A stretch of 64,000 nt of DNA from a bacterium (GCA_963669175.1 OY769902.1:2272001-2336000), one strand, 5' to 3'; positions 31,924 through 42,620 are shown, counted from the first letter of the stretch. The notes: a model not told the origin generated them from the letters alone. Translations and numbers: made by a program.

Positions 31924-32014
31924 GATCCTGTGATCTCCACGAAGGTTTCACTTCAGGAGTAAAATAGGGGTAATGAAACGCAGTTTCCACGCGGTAAAAG
32001 AGTGCGAGCACAAT

Positions 32015-34042
32015 TTACTTCAAATTTTCATCCACCTGAACAGTTGTTTTATTATCCAGAACTTCGCGGATCACCTGGCCGAGGGTACGGGGCAGGAAGG
32101 GTTTCCTGAGAATAATGCGTTTATGGACAAACCCGGTTTCCAGCAGTTGTTTATCAAAATCGTGGCTGTAACCTGTCATGAAAATGATTTTCAGCTTGGG
32201 ACAGATCTCACGTGCTCGTTGTGCTGCTTCAATGCCATCGATCTCAGGCATGACAATATCCGTAAGCATCAGATCCGGTTTACATCCACTTCTTTGAAGC
32301 TTACTAAGCGCATCCAATCCATCAGATGCCTGCTCGACTCGATATCCAAACCGTGTCAGCGTTTTTCTGATCATTGCGCGGACGGAGTCTTCATCTTCGA
32401 CAACAAGGATGGTTTCAGTTCCGGTAGGAATGCCATCATTTTCAGCCATGTTGCTCTTGATGATTTCTTTGTCCAACGCGCGGGGGAGCAGGACATGAAA
32501 AGTGGTTCCCTTTCCTTGAAGGGAATGCACAAGAATTTCGCCTTTGCTCTGTTTGACAATGCCATAAACGGTTGATAATCCCAGCCCGGTACCTTTGCCT
32601 TCTTCCTTCGTGGTGAAGAAAGGATCAAAAATCTGATCACGTACGCTATCATCAATACCGATGCCGGTATCACGCACACTCAGACTGACATAGTCGCCAG
32701 CATCCAGTTCAAGAGTAGCATCTTCCTTGGACAGGATGCGATTGTGGACACTGATGGTTACAGTCCCGCCATTGGGCATGGCGTCGCGAGCGTTGACAGC
32801 AAGATTCACGATCACCTGCTCAAGCTGCACCGGATCAGCTTTGACCGACCAAACGGATGAATCCAGTTCTGTTTTCAGCTTGATATCTTCCCCAATAATG
32901 CGTGTTAGTAACCTCTCCAGGTTTTCCACTACCTGGGACAGGTTTACTATAGATGGCTTGGAGGCTTGTCTACGGCTGAATGTCAATAGCTGCCGAGTGA
33001 GTTCAGCCGCATGCATGGCGGTATCAAGGATGTCATCAATAGGCTTCTGAACCTTATCATCGTTTTCGGCCCTGACATGAGCGACTTCAGCCGATCCGAT
33101 GATAGTCGTGAGAAGGTTGTTGAAGTCGTGGGCGATCCCCCCAGCCAAACGTCCGACCGCCTCCATCCGTTGGGCACGCTCCAATTGATGGTTCAGTTCG
33201 CGTCTTTTTGTTTCAGATTCACGGAACCGTCGGATTTCTTCATTCAATTCAATACGAGTATTTGCCAGATCCTCGTTGCGTCGAAGAATACTCTCTTCCA
33301 GTTCCGCTTTTACTTCTTCCAGTCTGGCTTCTGTCTGGCGGCGTTCCTCAATTTCACGTTCCAGCTTCATATTCGCGACTTCAAGGGTATGCTGTTTCAG
33401 GAACAGGAGCGCACGATTCCGATACAACAGCCTTGAAATGAACCACGCCATCGTCATGGAAGGGATAACGTAATACTGCTTCAACATCAGGTCTACGGAA
33501 TCCGGATTCAAAACTGTGCCGGTGATTCCCAGGGTGATGATGCCAAAACTGAATACCAGCAGAATAGTCAGGTTGGAAAAATACGCAAGCGCTCCCGTAT
33601 AGAAACAGGCAAGGACAAGTGTAGCCAGACCCTGCCCTGATACATGTTCAATGCCTGAGACAATTCCGGCCCAACCGACGAAGAAAAAAGCGCCAATCAC
33701 AAATGTGGACTGGTGAAGCTTTGAGACGCTTTCTTTGGATGACGGATTCAGAAGGATTGACAGGGTAAACTGCACAACAATGATTGCCAGAAAGACAGAG
33801 TCGATCGTAAAAAACAGATCATAGCCTGTAATCGTACTGTAGACATCAGAAAGATAGACATCGGATACGAGCAGGAAGATGCCTACCAATAGCAGGATAC
33901 CGGTGATCAGCGGGAGACGCTGTGCGTTTTCACGTGCCAGGTTTTTCCTGAAAGCTTCACGTTCGCTTTCAGGAATCTCCGGAAAGAGAGTTGTGTAGAG
34001 CTTCCTGGAAAGCTCTGGCAGTATGTGTCGTTTTTCGTCCAT
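32015..34042 (-). CDS. Membrane-bound hybrid histidine kinase/response regulator (CckA-like)
   Basis: AGGIAHDFNNLL H-box, NLAVNARDAM, DTGIG, FFTTK..GTGLGL, receiver VEDE..TDIVMP..KP. Confidence 0.93.
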   Translation of the reverse strand: MDEKRHILPELSRKLYTTLFPEIPESEREAFRKNLARENAQRLPLITGILLLVGIFLLVSDVYLSDVYSTITGYDLFFTIDSVFLAIIVVQFTLSILLNPSSKESVSKLHQSTFVIGAFFFVGWAGIVSGIEHVSGQGLATLVLACFYTGALAYFSNLTILLVFSFGIITLGITGTVLNPDSVDLMLKQYYVIPSMTMAWFISRLLYRNRALLFLKQHTLEVANMKLEREIEERRQTEARLEEVKAELEESILRRNEDLANTRIELNEEIRRFRESETKRRELNHQLERAQRMEAVGRLAGGIAHDFNNLLTTIIGSAEVAHVRAENDDKVQKPIDDILDTAMHAAELTRQLLTFSRRQASKPSIVNLSQVVENLERLLTRIIGEDIKLKTELDSSVWSVKADPVQLEQVIVNLAVNARDAMPNGGTVTISVHNRILSKEDATLELDAGDYVSLSVRDTGIGIDDSVRDQIFDPFFTTKEEGKGTGLGLSTVYGIVKQSKGEILVHSLQGKGTTFHVLLPRALDKEIIKSNMAENDGIPTGTETILVVEDEDSVRAMIRKTLTRFGYRVEQASDGLDALSKLQRSGCKPDLMLTDIVMPEIDGIEAAQRAREICPKLKIIFMTGYSHDFDKQLLETGFVHKRIILRKPFLPRTLGQVIREVLDNKTTVQVDENLK

Positions 34043-34355
34043 AGTTCTAGAAAAAAATGCTACTGTAGTCTTGCTTGATCTTAACAATCCTCGAAATGCT
34101 ATAGATAATATCGCTATAAAAAAATTCGAACACAAGCCTGAAGTGTGGGTTTATTTGCAGAATGAGTCACGGATTACAAGGTTCTTGCTTTTGTGGGGAG
34201 TAGTGTTGGATGTGTTGGAAAATATTGCTAGTGTGCGTGCTGTGCAAGTGAATCGGTTTTGTTGTATGATTTACCCCTGTGTCCTCGTCAAACAGGGGCA
34301 GTCGCTGGCTGGAAAAGAGTTTGTGGATTGATCGGCGTAAATCAACCTATAGGCT

Positions 34356-35717
34356 TCATTTTATTAGTTGGACTCGACGGCTGATAGAAGAGGTCGCCCC
34401 CTGTACCCGGAGCAGATAGGCGCCGGATGCGAGCTCGGATGCGTTGATGGCTAGTTCTGTTGCGGTTCGGACTCCTGCTTCCCAATGCTCTGAAAGAACT
34501 TCCTGTCCAAGCGAATTATACATGGTCAGGGTTACAGGTTGTCCATCGGGGATCGAGATTCGCAGGTGGAGCTGTGAGTTGAATGGGTTGGGCCAGGCAT
34601 CAATCGCAAGATCCGAAGGCAATCCCAGTGTTTGATCAGCAAACACGCTTAAACCACGTACGGTGAACGTATAAGTCTCTGTACTGACGATACTGTCCGG
34701 TCCGGAAATAGCTTTAACGAACCAGTCAACCTCTACGGAATCTGCATCCGAATAAGAGGCCAGCCATTCTGCCAGATCGGTCAGTGATGTGGATGGGGAA
34801 CGGAGGTTTTCCACCGTATAAGCAAGGTCCGGTCCCTGGTTTTCTGCACCATCGACTGCCAGGTACAGGGAATACCTGGTGGTGTCACCGGGGTCTGGAT
34901 CGGGAGCGCTCTGCCAGGCAAATCCCACGCTGTCGATGGCACTCCAGGCAAAGCGGGTATTATTTCCAGGTGCAATAAGGTTAAAGGGAGGAGGTGGTTC
35001 CGGAACGCTGACCTGAAAGCGCCAGATTCCCTCCGCCCAACGTCCGCCGGAATTCTCATCTACTGCACGTACAGTCCAACGATAGCTCGTGTTGTCCTCA
35101 ACCTGGATGTTGTAACCGGTGAATTCCATTCCCTGGGTCTCGAGTGGTAAATGTTCCAGTGAGTCCGGACCAACATACAGGGAATAGGAAATGGTCTCGC
35201 CGGGATCTTCCGCTGCTGTCCAGGCGAGGGCTATGGTCAGGGAGTCATGCCACGAACTATCCGCCGGGGTGACAAGGCTGAAAGCGCTGGGAAGATCGCC
35301 TGGTCCTGATTGTAGCCATGCGAGAGTGTACGGATTAGCGCCAAAGGTGCCGTTTCCGGTTGTAAGTGTGGCTTCGGCGATAACTTCCTGTTCCGTAGCG
35401 CTGTCCCAAACCCGGAACTCGATGGTATGACCGGAAGTAAATCCCGGCAGTTCATGCCCGACATCTTCCCGCCACGCATGCACATTGATCGGCCAATCAT
35501 CATAGTTGGCTGGAGCTATATCAGCGCCGACACACAGGTCGCCGTCAAACAGCCCGATTTCATCCCCCTCACCGAGAATCTCGCCGTTAAACAAGGCGGA
35601 ATCGATGATCACAGAGTACGGCTGTCCGGTCGGTTCTACCGGGGCAAAATGCTCCTGCGCCAGGACTAAAACCGGTGAAACAAGCAGGAGCATCAGGATG
35701 AACAGCCGTATCTGCAT
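34356..35717 (-). CDS. Secreted protein with FN3/Ig-like domains and T9SS-like CTD
   Basis: Signal peptide; GDEIGLFDGDLCVG module; CTD WPNPFN..YNSLGQEV..ASGAY..VQLIK. Confidence 0.85.
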   Translation of the reverse strand: MQIRLFILMLLLVSPVLVLAQEHFAPVEPTGQPYSVIIDSALFNGEILGEGDEIGLFDGDLCVGADIAPANYDDWPINVHAWREDVGHELPGFTSGHTIEFRVWDSATEQEVIAEATLTTGNGTFGANPYTLAWLQSGPGDLPSAFSLVTPADSSWHDSLTIALAWTAAEDPGETISYSLYVGPDSLEHLPLETQGMEFTGYNIQVEDNTSYRWTVRAVDENSGGRWAEGIWRFQVSVPEPPPPFNLIAPGNNTRFAWSAIDSVGFAWQSAPDPDPGDTTRYSLYLAVDGAENQGPDLAYTVENLRSPSTSLTDLAEWLASYSDADSVEVDWFVKAISGPDSIVSTETYTFTVRGLSVFADQTLGLPSDLAIDAWPNPFNSQLHLRISIPDGQPVTLTMYNSLGQEVLSEHWEAGVRTATELAINASELASGAYLLRVQGATSSISRRVQLIK

Positions 35718-35723
35718 TCGGAT

Positions 35724-36953
35724 TTACTCCGCCAGTATCGGGTTACGAACGACACCCATGAACAGGATCAGATCAGTCGGTTTATCAACAATCATGTAGA
35801 AAAATGGTTCATCAGCAGCAAAATCGAACCGTGGCCCATCAGAGGGTGGCACACTGGTTACCATGGAGATTTCTGTTACTGCCTTGGCTTCTGTCCCTTC
35901 TTCATCAACAGATATGTTTGCTTTTTGCAGTACCTGCGCCACGATTAAATGAGTATCTGACATCTTGCTGAAGTTGGCATCCCCGGAAAAGGCTACGCTT
36001 AAACCTTTGTTCTTGAGAATGTTGTTCAGAGAGATTTCTATTTTGTTTTCCCATTTCGGTAAACGAATCGAGCCTGCGCCGTGGGTGAACTGTTTTGCAT
36101 CCGCAACTTCCGGATTCAAAGCGCGAACGAAACCATCGAGACCGTGGTTTTGCGGGACGAAGACATACATATGCGCCGAGAATTCTTCGTTACTGCTGTA
36201 AATCAGGATAGTTGCGTGCAGATCTGCTTCGTTGATGAAAGGATATTTGCCGGATACCGGACGAAACATCATATCTGTCTGGATGGACTGTCCATCTTCC
36301 GTGTAAAAGGTGGCAGCATTGGTCATGTTTTGATCGAATGGAGTCACCCAGTCCCCATCAAACTCAGTGATATTGCGAAGCACCACAACGCCGGGTTGTT
36401 CCGCTTCAACAAATTCGGCATGAAAATCAGCTTGCATAGCATCCATATAGCTTTGCAGCAGGGGTACGCCGGCCTCAATCTGGTTCTCGATGCCCATCAG
36501 GTCAGAACGTCCACGTACATATTCCAGCACAGCTTCGACCTGGCCATTGAACTCCTTGCCGGAAGGAATGCCCATCACCTTTTCGAAAGCCTGTTTCGTC
36601 TCGGCGTCTGCCCCGTTATAGGCCATGCCCATGGCGATAAAAAGACTTATGGGTGAATAAACGATGTTGCCTTCTTTTTCCTGTGCGTAGACATCCTTGA
36701 AAGTGTCATAAGCGAACTGGTTGGCCTGATAGATAAAACCGGGACTGATGTCCATGGTATAGCGACGCAGCTCTTTATTGGGCAAGGGCTCTGCTTTGTC
36801 TGCGGGGGGGATTGCTTCACGTTTACCTGACTCCTGGTGAGAAAGATCAGGTTTCTTTTTCTGGATCGGTCCCTGTTCATGTTTTGGCCCGGCACATCCG
36901 AAAAGTGCCAGGGAAAATGCTGTGGTCAGTAGCAGGGTAAAAAAGTATCGCAT
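35724..36953 (-). CDS. Serpin family lipoprotein
   Basis: Lipobox LFGC; NIVYSPIS, MAYNGA, LPKW, ANFSKM, VDEEGTEA, FAADEPFFY, LFMG.V.NP. Confidence 0.92.
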   Translation of the reverse strand: MRYFFTLLLTTAFSLALFGCAGPKHEQGPIQKKKPDLSHQESGKREAIPPADKAEPLPNKELRRYTMDISPGFIYQANQFAYDTFKDVYAQEKEGNIVYSPISLFIAMGMAYNGADAETKQAFEKVMGIPSGKEFNGQVEAVLEYVRGRSDLMGIENQIEAGVPLLQSYMDAMQADFHAEFVEAEQPGVVVLRNITEFDGDWVTPFDQNMTNAATFYTEDGQSIQTDMMFRPVSGKYPFINEADLHATILIYSSNEEFSAHMYVFVPQNHGLDGFVRALNPEVADAKQFTHGAGSIRLPKWENKIEISLNNILKNKGLSVAFSGDANFSKMSDTHLIVAQVLQKANISVDEEGTEAKAVTEISMVTSVPPSDGPRFDFAADEPFFYMIVDKPTDLILFMGVVRNPILAE

Positions 36954-36992
36954 CGAACACTCCTGTCGGTTCGTTTGTTACGGTTCAATCCG

Positions 36993-38195
36993 TTATTCTG
37001 CAGATTCATTTACTACAGGATTATACACCTTTCCCATAAACAGGATCATTTCTGTCGGTTGATCCACAATGGCGAAGAGGAAAGGACGGTTGACATCGAA
37101 ATTGATTGCGGGCATAGCCTGCCGTTTTTCCGAGGCTGCCTTCATTTCGACCTCTGTTGTCGCTTCCGCTTCAACACCTTCTTCGTTGATAGTCAACTCA
37201 ATTGCCTGCCTGACCTCGGAGATCATCAGGTCCATATCGGTAATATGCGGGAATTCGGCAAGTACGGTAAAAGGACGCTCCAACCCGCAAGATGCGAGAG
37301 TACTGTTCAGAACCTGTTTTTCCGCAAAGGTCATGCGAGGCAGAATAAGTTCGCCGACTGCCGGCTGGAAATACGCCAGTGAGAAGACTTCTCCAAGATC
37401 AAATTTCAGCAGGGAATCTGGATGCTGACCCTCATTGGGAAGAATGATGATCATGCTGGCGCCGAAATTCCCGTTGAAATTGAATTCCAGCATAACAGAC
37501 TGAAAAATCTCGGTTTCATGATAATAGACCGGAGTTTCATCCGAAAGCAGACGGTGCATCATGGGGATGGAAATCGTTGAATCCGGTGAAATGTGAAACT
37601 CACCCTCGACCGTCTTACTCTTGTCAAATGTCTCCTGCCAGAAGCCTTTAAACATCAGGTTGTTCTGCAGGACCAGGGATTCATCGGGGTATTTCGAGAT
37701 GCGTACATCATAGACACGTTCCATCAGGTCTTCAAACGCTCGCATAATCATGATACGTTCACCGACCTTCATCGTGTTCTCCATGGAGATCAGATCTTCA
37801 CGAGCGAACAGGTAGCGAGTCAATTCACGGGCGTGGACATTGAAGGAATCGGAACTGAGAGTAGTGTCCAACAGCATGGTTTTTTCAAACTGCTGCTTGG
37901 TGTCAAAACCTGAACCGTAATAAGCCATGGTCAGGGCCGTGTAGAGCCCTGACGGAGAAAAGACGGCATTCTCTTCCGGGTGGTCCAGGCAGAGTTGTTT
38001 GAATGTTGTATAGGCAAACCGGTTGACATGCTGGATGGTGCTGTCCGGGAGACTTTCCAGTTGTTTCTGAGCTGCATCCTGATCCAATATCGGCGTCTGC
38101 GAAACAGTTTTACTCTGTTTCTTTTCCGTGCCGCATCCTGTGAACAGGAGCAATCCAGTGAAAATAAGTGTGATAACGATTGTCGCCGCTCGCAT
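36993..38195 (-). CDS. Serpin family lipoprotein
   Basis: Lipobox FTGC; NAVFSP, FKGFW, LPRM, INEEGVEA, FDVNRPFLF, ILFMGKVYNP. Confidence 0.92.
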   Translation of the reverse strand: MRAATIVITLIFTGLLLFTGCGTEKKQSKTVSQTPILDQDAAQKQLESLPDSTIQHVNRFAYTTFKQLCLDHPEENAVFSPSGLYTALTMAYYGSGFDTKQQFEKTMLLDTTLSSDSFNVHARELTRYLFAREDLISMENTMKVGERIMIMRAFEDLMERVYDVRISKYPDESLVLQNNLMFKGFWQETFDKSKTVEGEFHISPDSTISIPMMHRLLSDETPVYYHETEIFQSVMLEFNFNGNFGASMIIILPNEGQHPDSLLKFDLGEVFSLAYFQPAVGELILPRMTFAEKQVLNSTLASCGLERPFTVLAEFPHITDMDLMISEVRQAIELTINEEGVEAEATTEVEMKAASEKRQAMPAINFDVNRPFLFAIVDQPTEMILFMGKVYNPVVNESAE

Positions 38196-38236
38196 GACTT
38201 TCCCCCTTCGGATTCGCTGAAGATTACAAAAACCGG

Positions 38237-39988
38237 TTAATGATCCCAGCGCATGGTAATGTAACCTCTATTGCCCTTCTGCTCCAGTGATATTTCATCT
38301 ACCTGTTGAGAAACCAGAAAACCGGTCAAGCTGGAGATCTCACAATCACCGGCCATAAGAGTTGAGATATCCGGCGCCGTTGCTGGAAGTTTTGGCAAGG
38401 TGCCGCTATAATCGAAGATCATCCTCAGGTTGTACTCGTCAAAACTGGCTGATGCGTTAATCCTATTACTGCTGACATGCTTTTTATTCTCCAGCAGGTC
38501 AGCCAACTCCGTTATGGCGGCAGTCGCTTTGCCGATAACATCCGGTCTTGCTCCCCACGCGCCGCCATATTTTTTCATAGTATTGTTAATGAAATCAGGA
38601 GCATCGGGACCGAGAGGCAACTCAAAATGGACTGTCTTCTTGATCCCGATACGGAAAATGAGGTTTAATATGACAGCCGTAACTGTGCCAAGGGATAGAG
38701 ATGAACTGAAAACCGGGGCGATCCAGGGGTGGAAATGATCGTATACATGAGGCAGCATATCAGCACTCAGACCGAAGACCACCGAAATACCAATTACAAA
38801 GGTCTTGCGTGCATCCAGCATGCGTGACATCGCAAGCTGAAAACCGGTAACGATCATGAAGCTTACTACAAAAATCAGGGTAGCGCCCAAGACAGGTTGA
38901 GGAATAATGATAAAGAGTTGGGACAACTTGGGTAAAAACGCCAGCATGATCAGCATGCTGCCTATGAAGTAGGCCAGGACACGACTGGTAGAATTTGTCG
39001 CTATGGCCATACCGATATTGGAAGAACTGGTTGACTGTCCGAATGCACCCAGCGCCCCAGATAAAATCCCGCCGAGACTGTCTGCGAATATTCCCCTTGA
39101 GATATTGTTCATGTCCGGACGAAGCCATTTGGCATCGTTGATTTTCTGGCACGTTGCCAGGTCACCGACCGATTTAAGCGTGGAACAAAGAGCTGCTATG
39201 GTGAAGGGAACAATCAGGGTCGGTTCAAATTTCCAGCTCATATGGGTCATGCTTGGCAAAGTAAACCAGCTTGCTTCGCTCACTGATTCCCAATCGGCTG
39301 GAGCGATAACTCCAAGCAGGGAGCTTGCTACGAAACCAGTAACAATCCCGGTCAGGATGGCAAAAAGCCTCAGTTTACCTTTGGAGTACACGTTTATCCC
39401 GATCATCACTGCCAGGGCAAGCATACCGATGAACATGTCCTTGTAGATGATCAGGCTTTCACCGTTCTCTACATGGTAGCCCAGCAGGTTTTTCACCGCG
39501 ATAGGGACAACGACAATTCCAACCAGGGCGACAACCAACCCGGTTACTTCAGCAGGGAACAGGAAGCGCATTTTCTTGATGAGAGGCGCAAGGGAAGATT
39601 CCACCAAGCCCACGAAGAAGGTCATGCCGAACATAACCGGAAGTCCCCCAACCGCAATAGATTGCATCGAAGCACTCAGGTAAGACGGACCGCAGACTGA
39701 GGGGCAAAGATATCCTGAACCGTAAGGGCCGATGCCACGTGCCTGGATAATGGTAATAACGCCGCCGGCAATCAGGCTCATGCTGATAATAGCTTGCCCG
39801 GTTTCTTGAGAAATGCTGTCACCAAGCTGGTGAATAATCAGTACCGGGAACATCACGCCGATGAATATGATGATAATGTGCTGCAACGCAAGGATCAGGG
39901 AAACCGTCAAAGGTGGTTTATCATCCAGGCCGTAGACGAGGTTGTCGGGTTTTTTCTCGACAACAGGTTTACATGGACTTAAAAGCAT
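38237..39988 (-). CDS. NCS2 xanthine/uracil permease with C-terminal extension
   Basis: YGLDDKPP..ALQH, NCS2-like motif SSNIG..T..SR, P.PVLG; about 130-aa soluble tail. Confidence 0.88.
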   Translation of the reverse strand: MLLSPCKPVVEKKPDNLVYGLDDKPPLTVSLILALQHIIIIFIGVMFPVLIIHQLGDSISQETGQAIISMSLIAGGVITIIQARGIGPYGSGYLCPSVCGPSYLSASMQSIAVGGLPVMFGMTFFVGLVESSLAPLIKKMRFLFPAEVTGLVVALVGIVVVPIAVKNLLGYHVENGESLIIYKDMFIGMLALAVMIGINVYSKGKLRLFAILTGIVTGFVASSLLGVIAPADWESVSEASWFTLPSMTHMSWKFEPTLIVPFTIAALCSTLKSVGDLATCQKINDAKWLRPDMNNISRGIFADSLGGILSGALGAFGQSTSSSNIGMAIATNSTSRVLAYFIGSMLIMLAFLPKLSQLFIIIPQPVLGATLIFVVSFMIVTGFQLAMSRMLDARKTFVIGISVVFGLSADMLPHVYDHFHPWIAPVFSSSLSLGTVTAVILNLIFRIGIKKTVHFELPLGPDAPDFINNTMKKYGGAWGARPDVIGKATAAITELADLLENKKHVSSNRINASASFDEYNLRMIFDYSGTLPKLPATAPDISTLMAGDCEISSLTGFLVSQQVDEISLEQKGNRGYITMRWDH

Positions 39989-40027
39989 GAAGTCGCCCCC
40001 GCAGACTTTCAAAAGGTCTTGTCAAAT

Positions 40028-40183
40028 CACCAGATCCCCGGTCAGGCTCGGGGATGACATATCGCGTCCACGAGATCCCCGGTCAAGCTCGGGGATGACA
40101 TATCGCGTCCACGAGATCCCCGGTCAAGCTCGGCGATGACATATCGCGTCCACCAGATCCCCGGTCAGGCTCGGGGATGACAT
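40028..40183. repeat. Tandem 41-bp REP-like repeat, 4 copies (family A)
   Basis: CAC(C/G)AGATCCCCGGTCA(G/A)GCTCGGGGATGACATATCGCGTC starting at 40028, 40069, 40110 and 40151 (last copy partial); invariant linker. Confidence 0.92.
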
Positions 40184-40216
40184 GATGTGACGATTCCCTG
40201 GATTAACATACGATCA

Positions 40217-41716
40217 TCAGTACAGCTCGTCTACCTTCTTTGACAGGTATGCAATCAAATGGCCCGCATCCGGTTTTGCACCCGTAGCCTGCTTGACCAG
40301 GTCCGCAGGGGCATAACGGCGTCCATGATGATGCACATTCTCATGCAGCCAGTCCAGCAGTGGTGCGTATTCGCCTTTGCTGAAAGCGTTGTCCAGACCG
40401 CCGGTCGCCTTGTCCGCCGCAGCAAACAGTTGTGCCGAGTAAATATTTCCAAGTGAATATGTGGGGAAGTAGCCGACCAGGCCTATGCTCCAGTGTACAT
40501 CCTGCAAACAGCCCTTGGCATGGTTCGGGACATCCAGTCCGAAATACGTTTTAACTTTCTCGTTCCATGCGCCCGGCAGGTCGGCTGGAGCTAGGTCGCC
40601 ATGCAGGATGGCGCGTTCCAGCTCGGCACGTAGCAGGATATGCAGGTTATACGTCACTTCGTCCGCTTCCACACGGATAAACGAGGGACGAACTGTATTG
40701 ATGGCAAAATAAAAATCATCAAACGATACATCTTTCAACGCTTCAAAGGTTTCCTGGGCTTTCGGATACCAGTACTGCCAGAAACTGCGGGAGCGTCCAA
40801 CCATGTTCTCCCACATCCGTGACTGGGACTCATGCACGCCCAGCGAGACCGCTGTTCCGATGGGCAGCCCGAAGTGTTCAATCAGGGCGCCTTGTTCGTA
40901 CATGCCGTGTCCGCCCTCATGCAGGACGCTAAAGAAGGAACCCGGAAACCAGTTCTCGTCGTAACGGGTGGTGATGCGGACATCCTGCGGACCGGGGGTG
41001 ATACAGAACGGGTGTACGGTCGGATCGAGACGGCCGTTGGTGAAATTGAAGCCGAACTGCGCGACCACCTGCTTGGCGAATTCTTCCTGCTGATCCTTGG
41101 GATAGAAGCGACGCATGATGCCCTGATCCGGCTGCTTCGGGCTGTTTACCGCCTTTTCAACCAGGGGAACCAGCTTTTCACGCAAGTCCTGCAACAGCGG
41201 AACAATCTGAGCGCTACGGGCACACGGTTCGTATTCTTCCAGCAGGGCGTCGTAAGGATCATCCTCGTAACCGTAACAATCCGCCACTTCACGCGCCAGG
41301 CTGAAAACCTCCTTCAAGTGTGGTTCGAACTCGGCGAAATTTTCATTCTTGCGAGCCTGCACCCACGCCTGGTAGCTGATCGAATGCGTCTTGCTGATTC
41401 GTTCCACCAGTTCCTGAGGCAGCTTGGTAGCGCGTTCGTAGTCACGCTTCAGCTCACGGATATTGACCACTTCCGGGGATAACGGATCAAGATCCTTGCA
41501 TTCCTCGGCGGCCTTGTCCAGAAGTTCGCCCAACTTTGGAGCTGTGGCCTGCTCATGACGCAATCCTGCCAGATAGGCGGCCTGTTCCCCACGATATTCT
41601 GCGCCACCCTCGGGCAGGTACACGTTCTCGTCCCATCCCAGCAATTCCGAAATGCTGGACAACAAGCCCATCCGTTTGGCATAGGCGACAAGTTCTTCGT
41701 AGGCGGTACGTTCCAT
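40217..41716 (-). CDS. Carboxypeptidase M32 (Taq-like)
   Basis: HPF, DVRITTR, HEGGH, HESQSR, IRVEADE, GCLQDVHW, GYFPTYSLG. Confidence 0.96.
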   Translation of the reverse strand: MERTAYEELVAYAKRMGLLSSISELLGWDENVYLPEGGAEYRGEQAAYLAGLRHEQATAPKLGELLDKAAEECKDLDPLSPEVVNIRELKRDYERATKLPQELVERISKTHSISYQAWVQARKNENFAEFEPHLKEVFSLAREVADCYGYEDDPYDALLEEYEPCARSAQIVPLLQDLREKLVPLVEKAVNSPKQPDQGIMRRFYPKDQQEEFAKQVVAQFGFNFTNGRLDPTVHPFCITPGPQDVRITTRYDENWFPGSFFSVLHEGGHGMYEQGALIEHFGLPIGTAVSLGVHESQSRMWENMVGRSRSFWQYWYPKAQETFEALKDVSFDDFYFAINTVRPSFIRVEADEVTYNLHILLRAELERAILHGDLAPADLPGAWNEKVKTYFGLDVPNHAKGCLQDVHWSIGLVGYFPTYSLGNIYSAQLFAAADKATGGLDNAFSKGEYAPLLDWLHENVHHHGRRYAPADLVKQATGAKPDAGHLIAYLSKKVDELY

Positions 41717-42620
41717 CGGTTCACTCCTGATGCTGGGTGGTATGGTGTTCCCGAAAAGCTGTCCTGCTTTGCTCTTGGGCACGCAGTGTACAAACACAGC
41801 AAAGGTAGGGGTTCAACAGGGGACAGGCAAAGGTATTGAGGGGGATGGAATGAATTTGCTGTATAGTATTTCGACCGAAAGTTTTTTGCCCGACTGCTTG
41901 TCAGTCCGGTATCAAAAGGTTAGTGACGTATATATTAGATTTCCGAAATTGCTCCGTCATGTGAGAAATATTTTCATTTTCTTGCGTATCACGCTAATGA
42001 GCAAAGCAATCCTGCCAATCCTTGACAATGGCTATATTACATCATTCTAAGGTATGCAAAAAGTATTTCTGTAAATGTAATATAATTAATTTTTTAGGTG
42101 GATTTATACCTGTAATAAGATTTGAAATATACAGTTATGTGAAGATGTCACAAAACACCAAATACCCAAAAATTTCATTTATCTTTCAGACGACTCTGTT
42201 TTGAGTTGCAGTCTGCAATTCTTCTTTCCAATTTAATAACAATTTTAGTACATGCTTCTTATATACAGTACATACAATGATAGTCGGACTGTAATAGTCA
42301 GACTGTTGACATCTGAACAAAAGCTTTAAAAGCAGGTTAGGACGTTGGCGAAACACGCCTTGGGTATTTGCCCTAGTAGCATTTACCTGACGGACACAAT
42401 TGCTTAGACAGGTGATATCAATGCTTTGTCATACAAATTTGCATTTTGCTGAGAGAAATCCCGATGATGCTCTTTTCATGTGCGTCATAGGAGGACAGAC
42501 CGGCTCATTTTCTATCAGGATACGCAAGCTGTACACTAGAATTAAAATCAAAATACAGATGCAACTTATTTTTTTCTGTCCTAAATGCAATTTTTACTTT
42601 GTACCATAGGACTCCCAATC

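Noticed and set aside
40028-40183. Palindromic repeats resembling CRISPR repeats
   Set aside because: Linkers are identical and too short to be spacers, and the same palindrome is dispersed elsewhere as a REP.
42280-42390. Tandem ATAGTC.GACTGT palindromes and a small three-stem fold upstream of the AT-rich gene
   Set aside because: Stems are only 4-5 bp and match no riboswitch or hammerhead core I recognise; possibly an operator, but support is insufficient.
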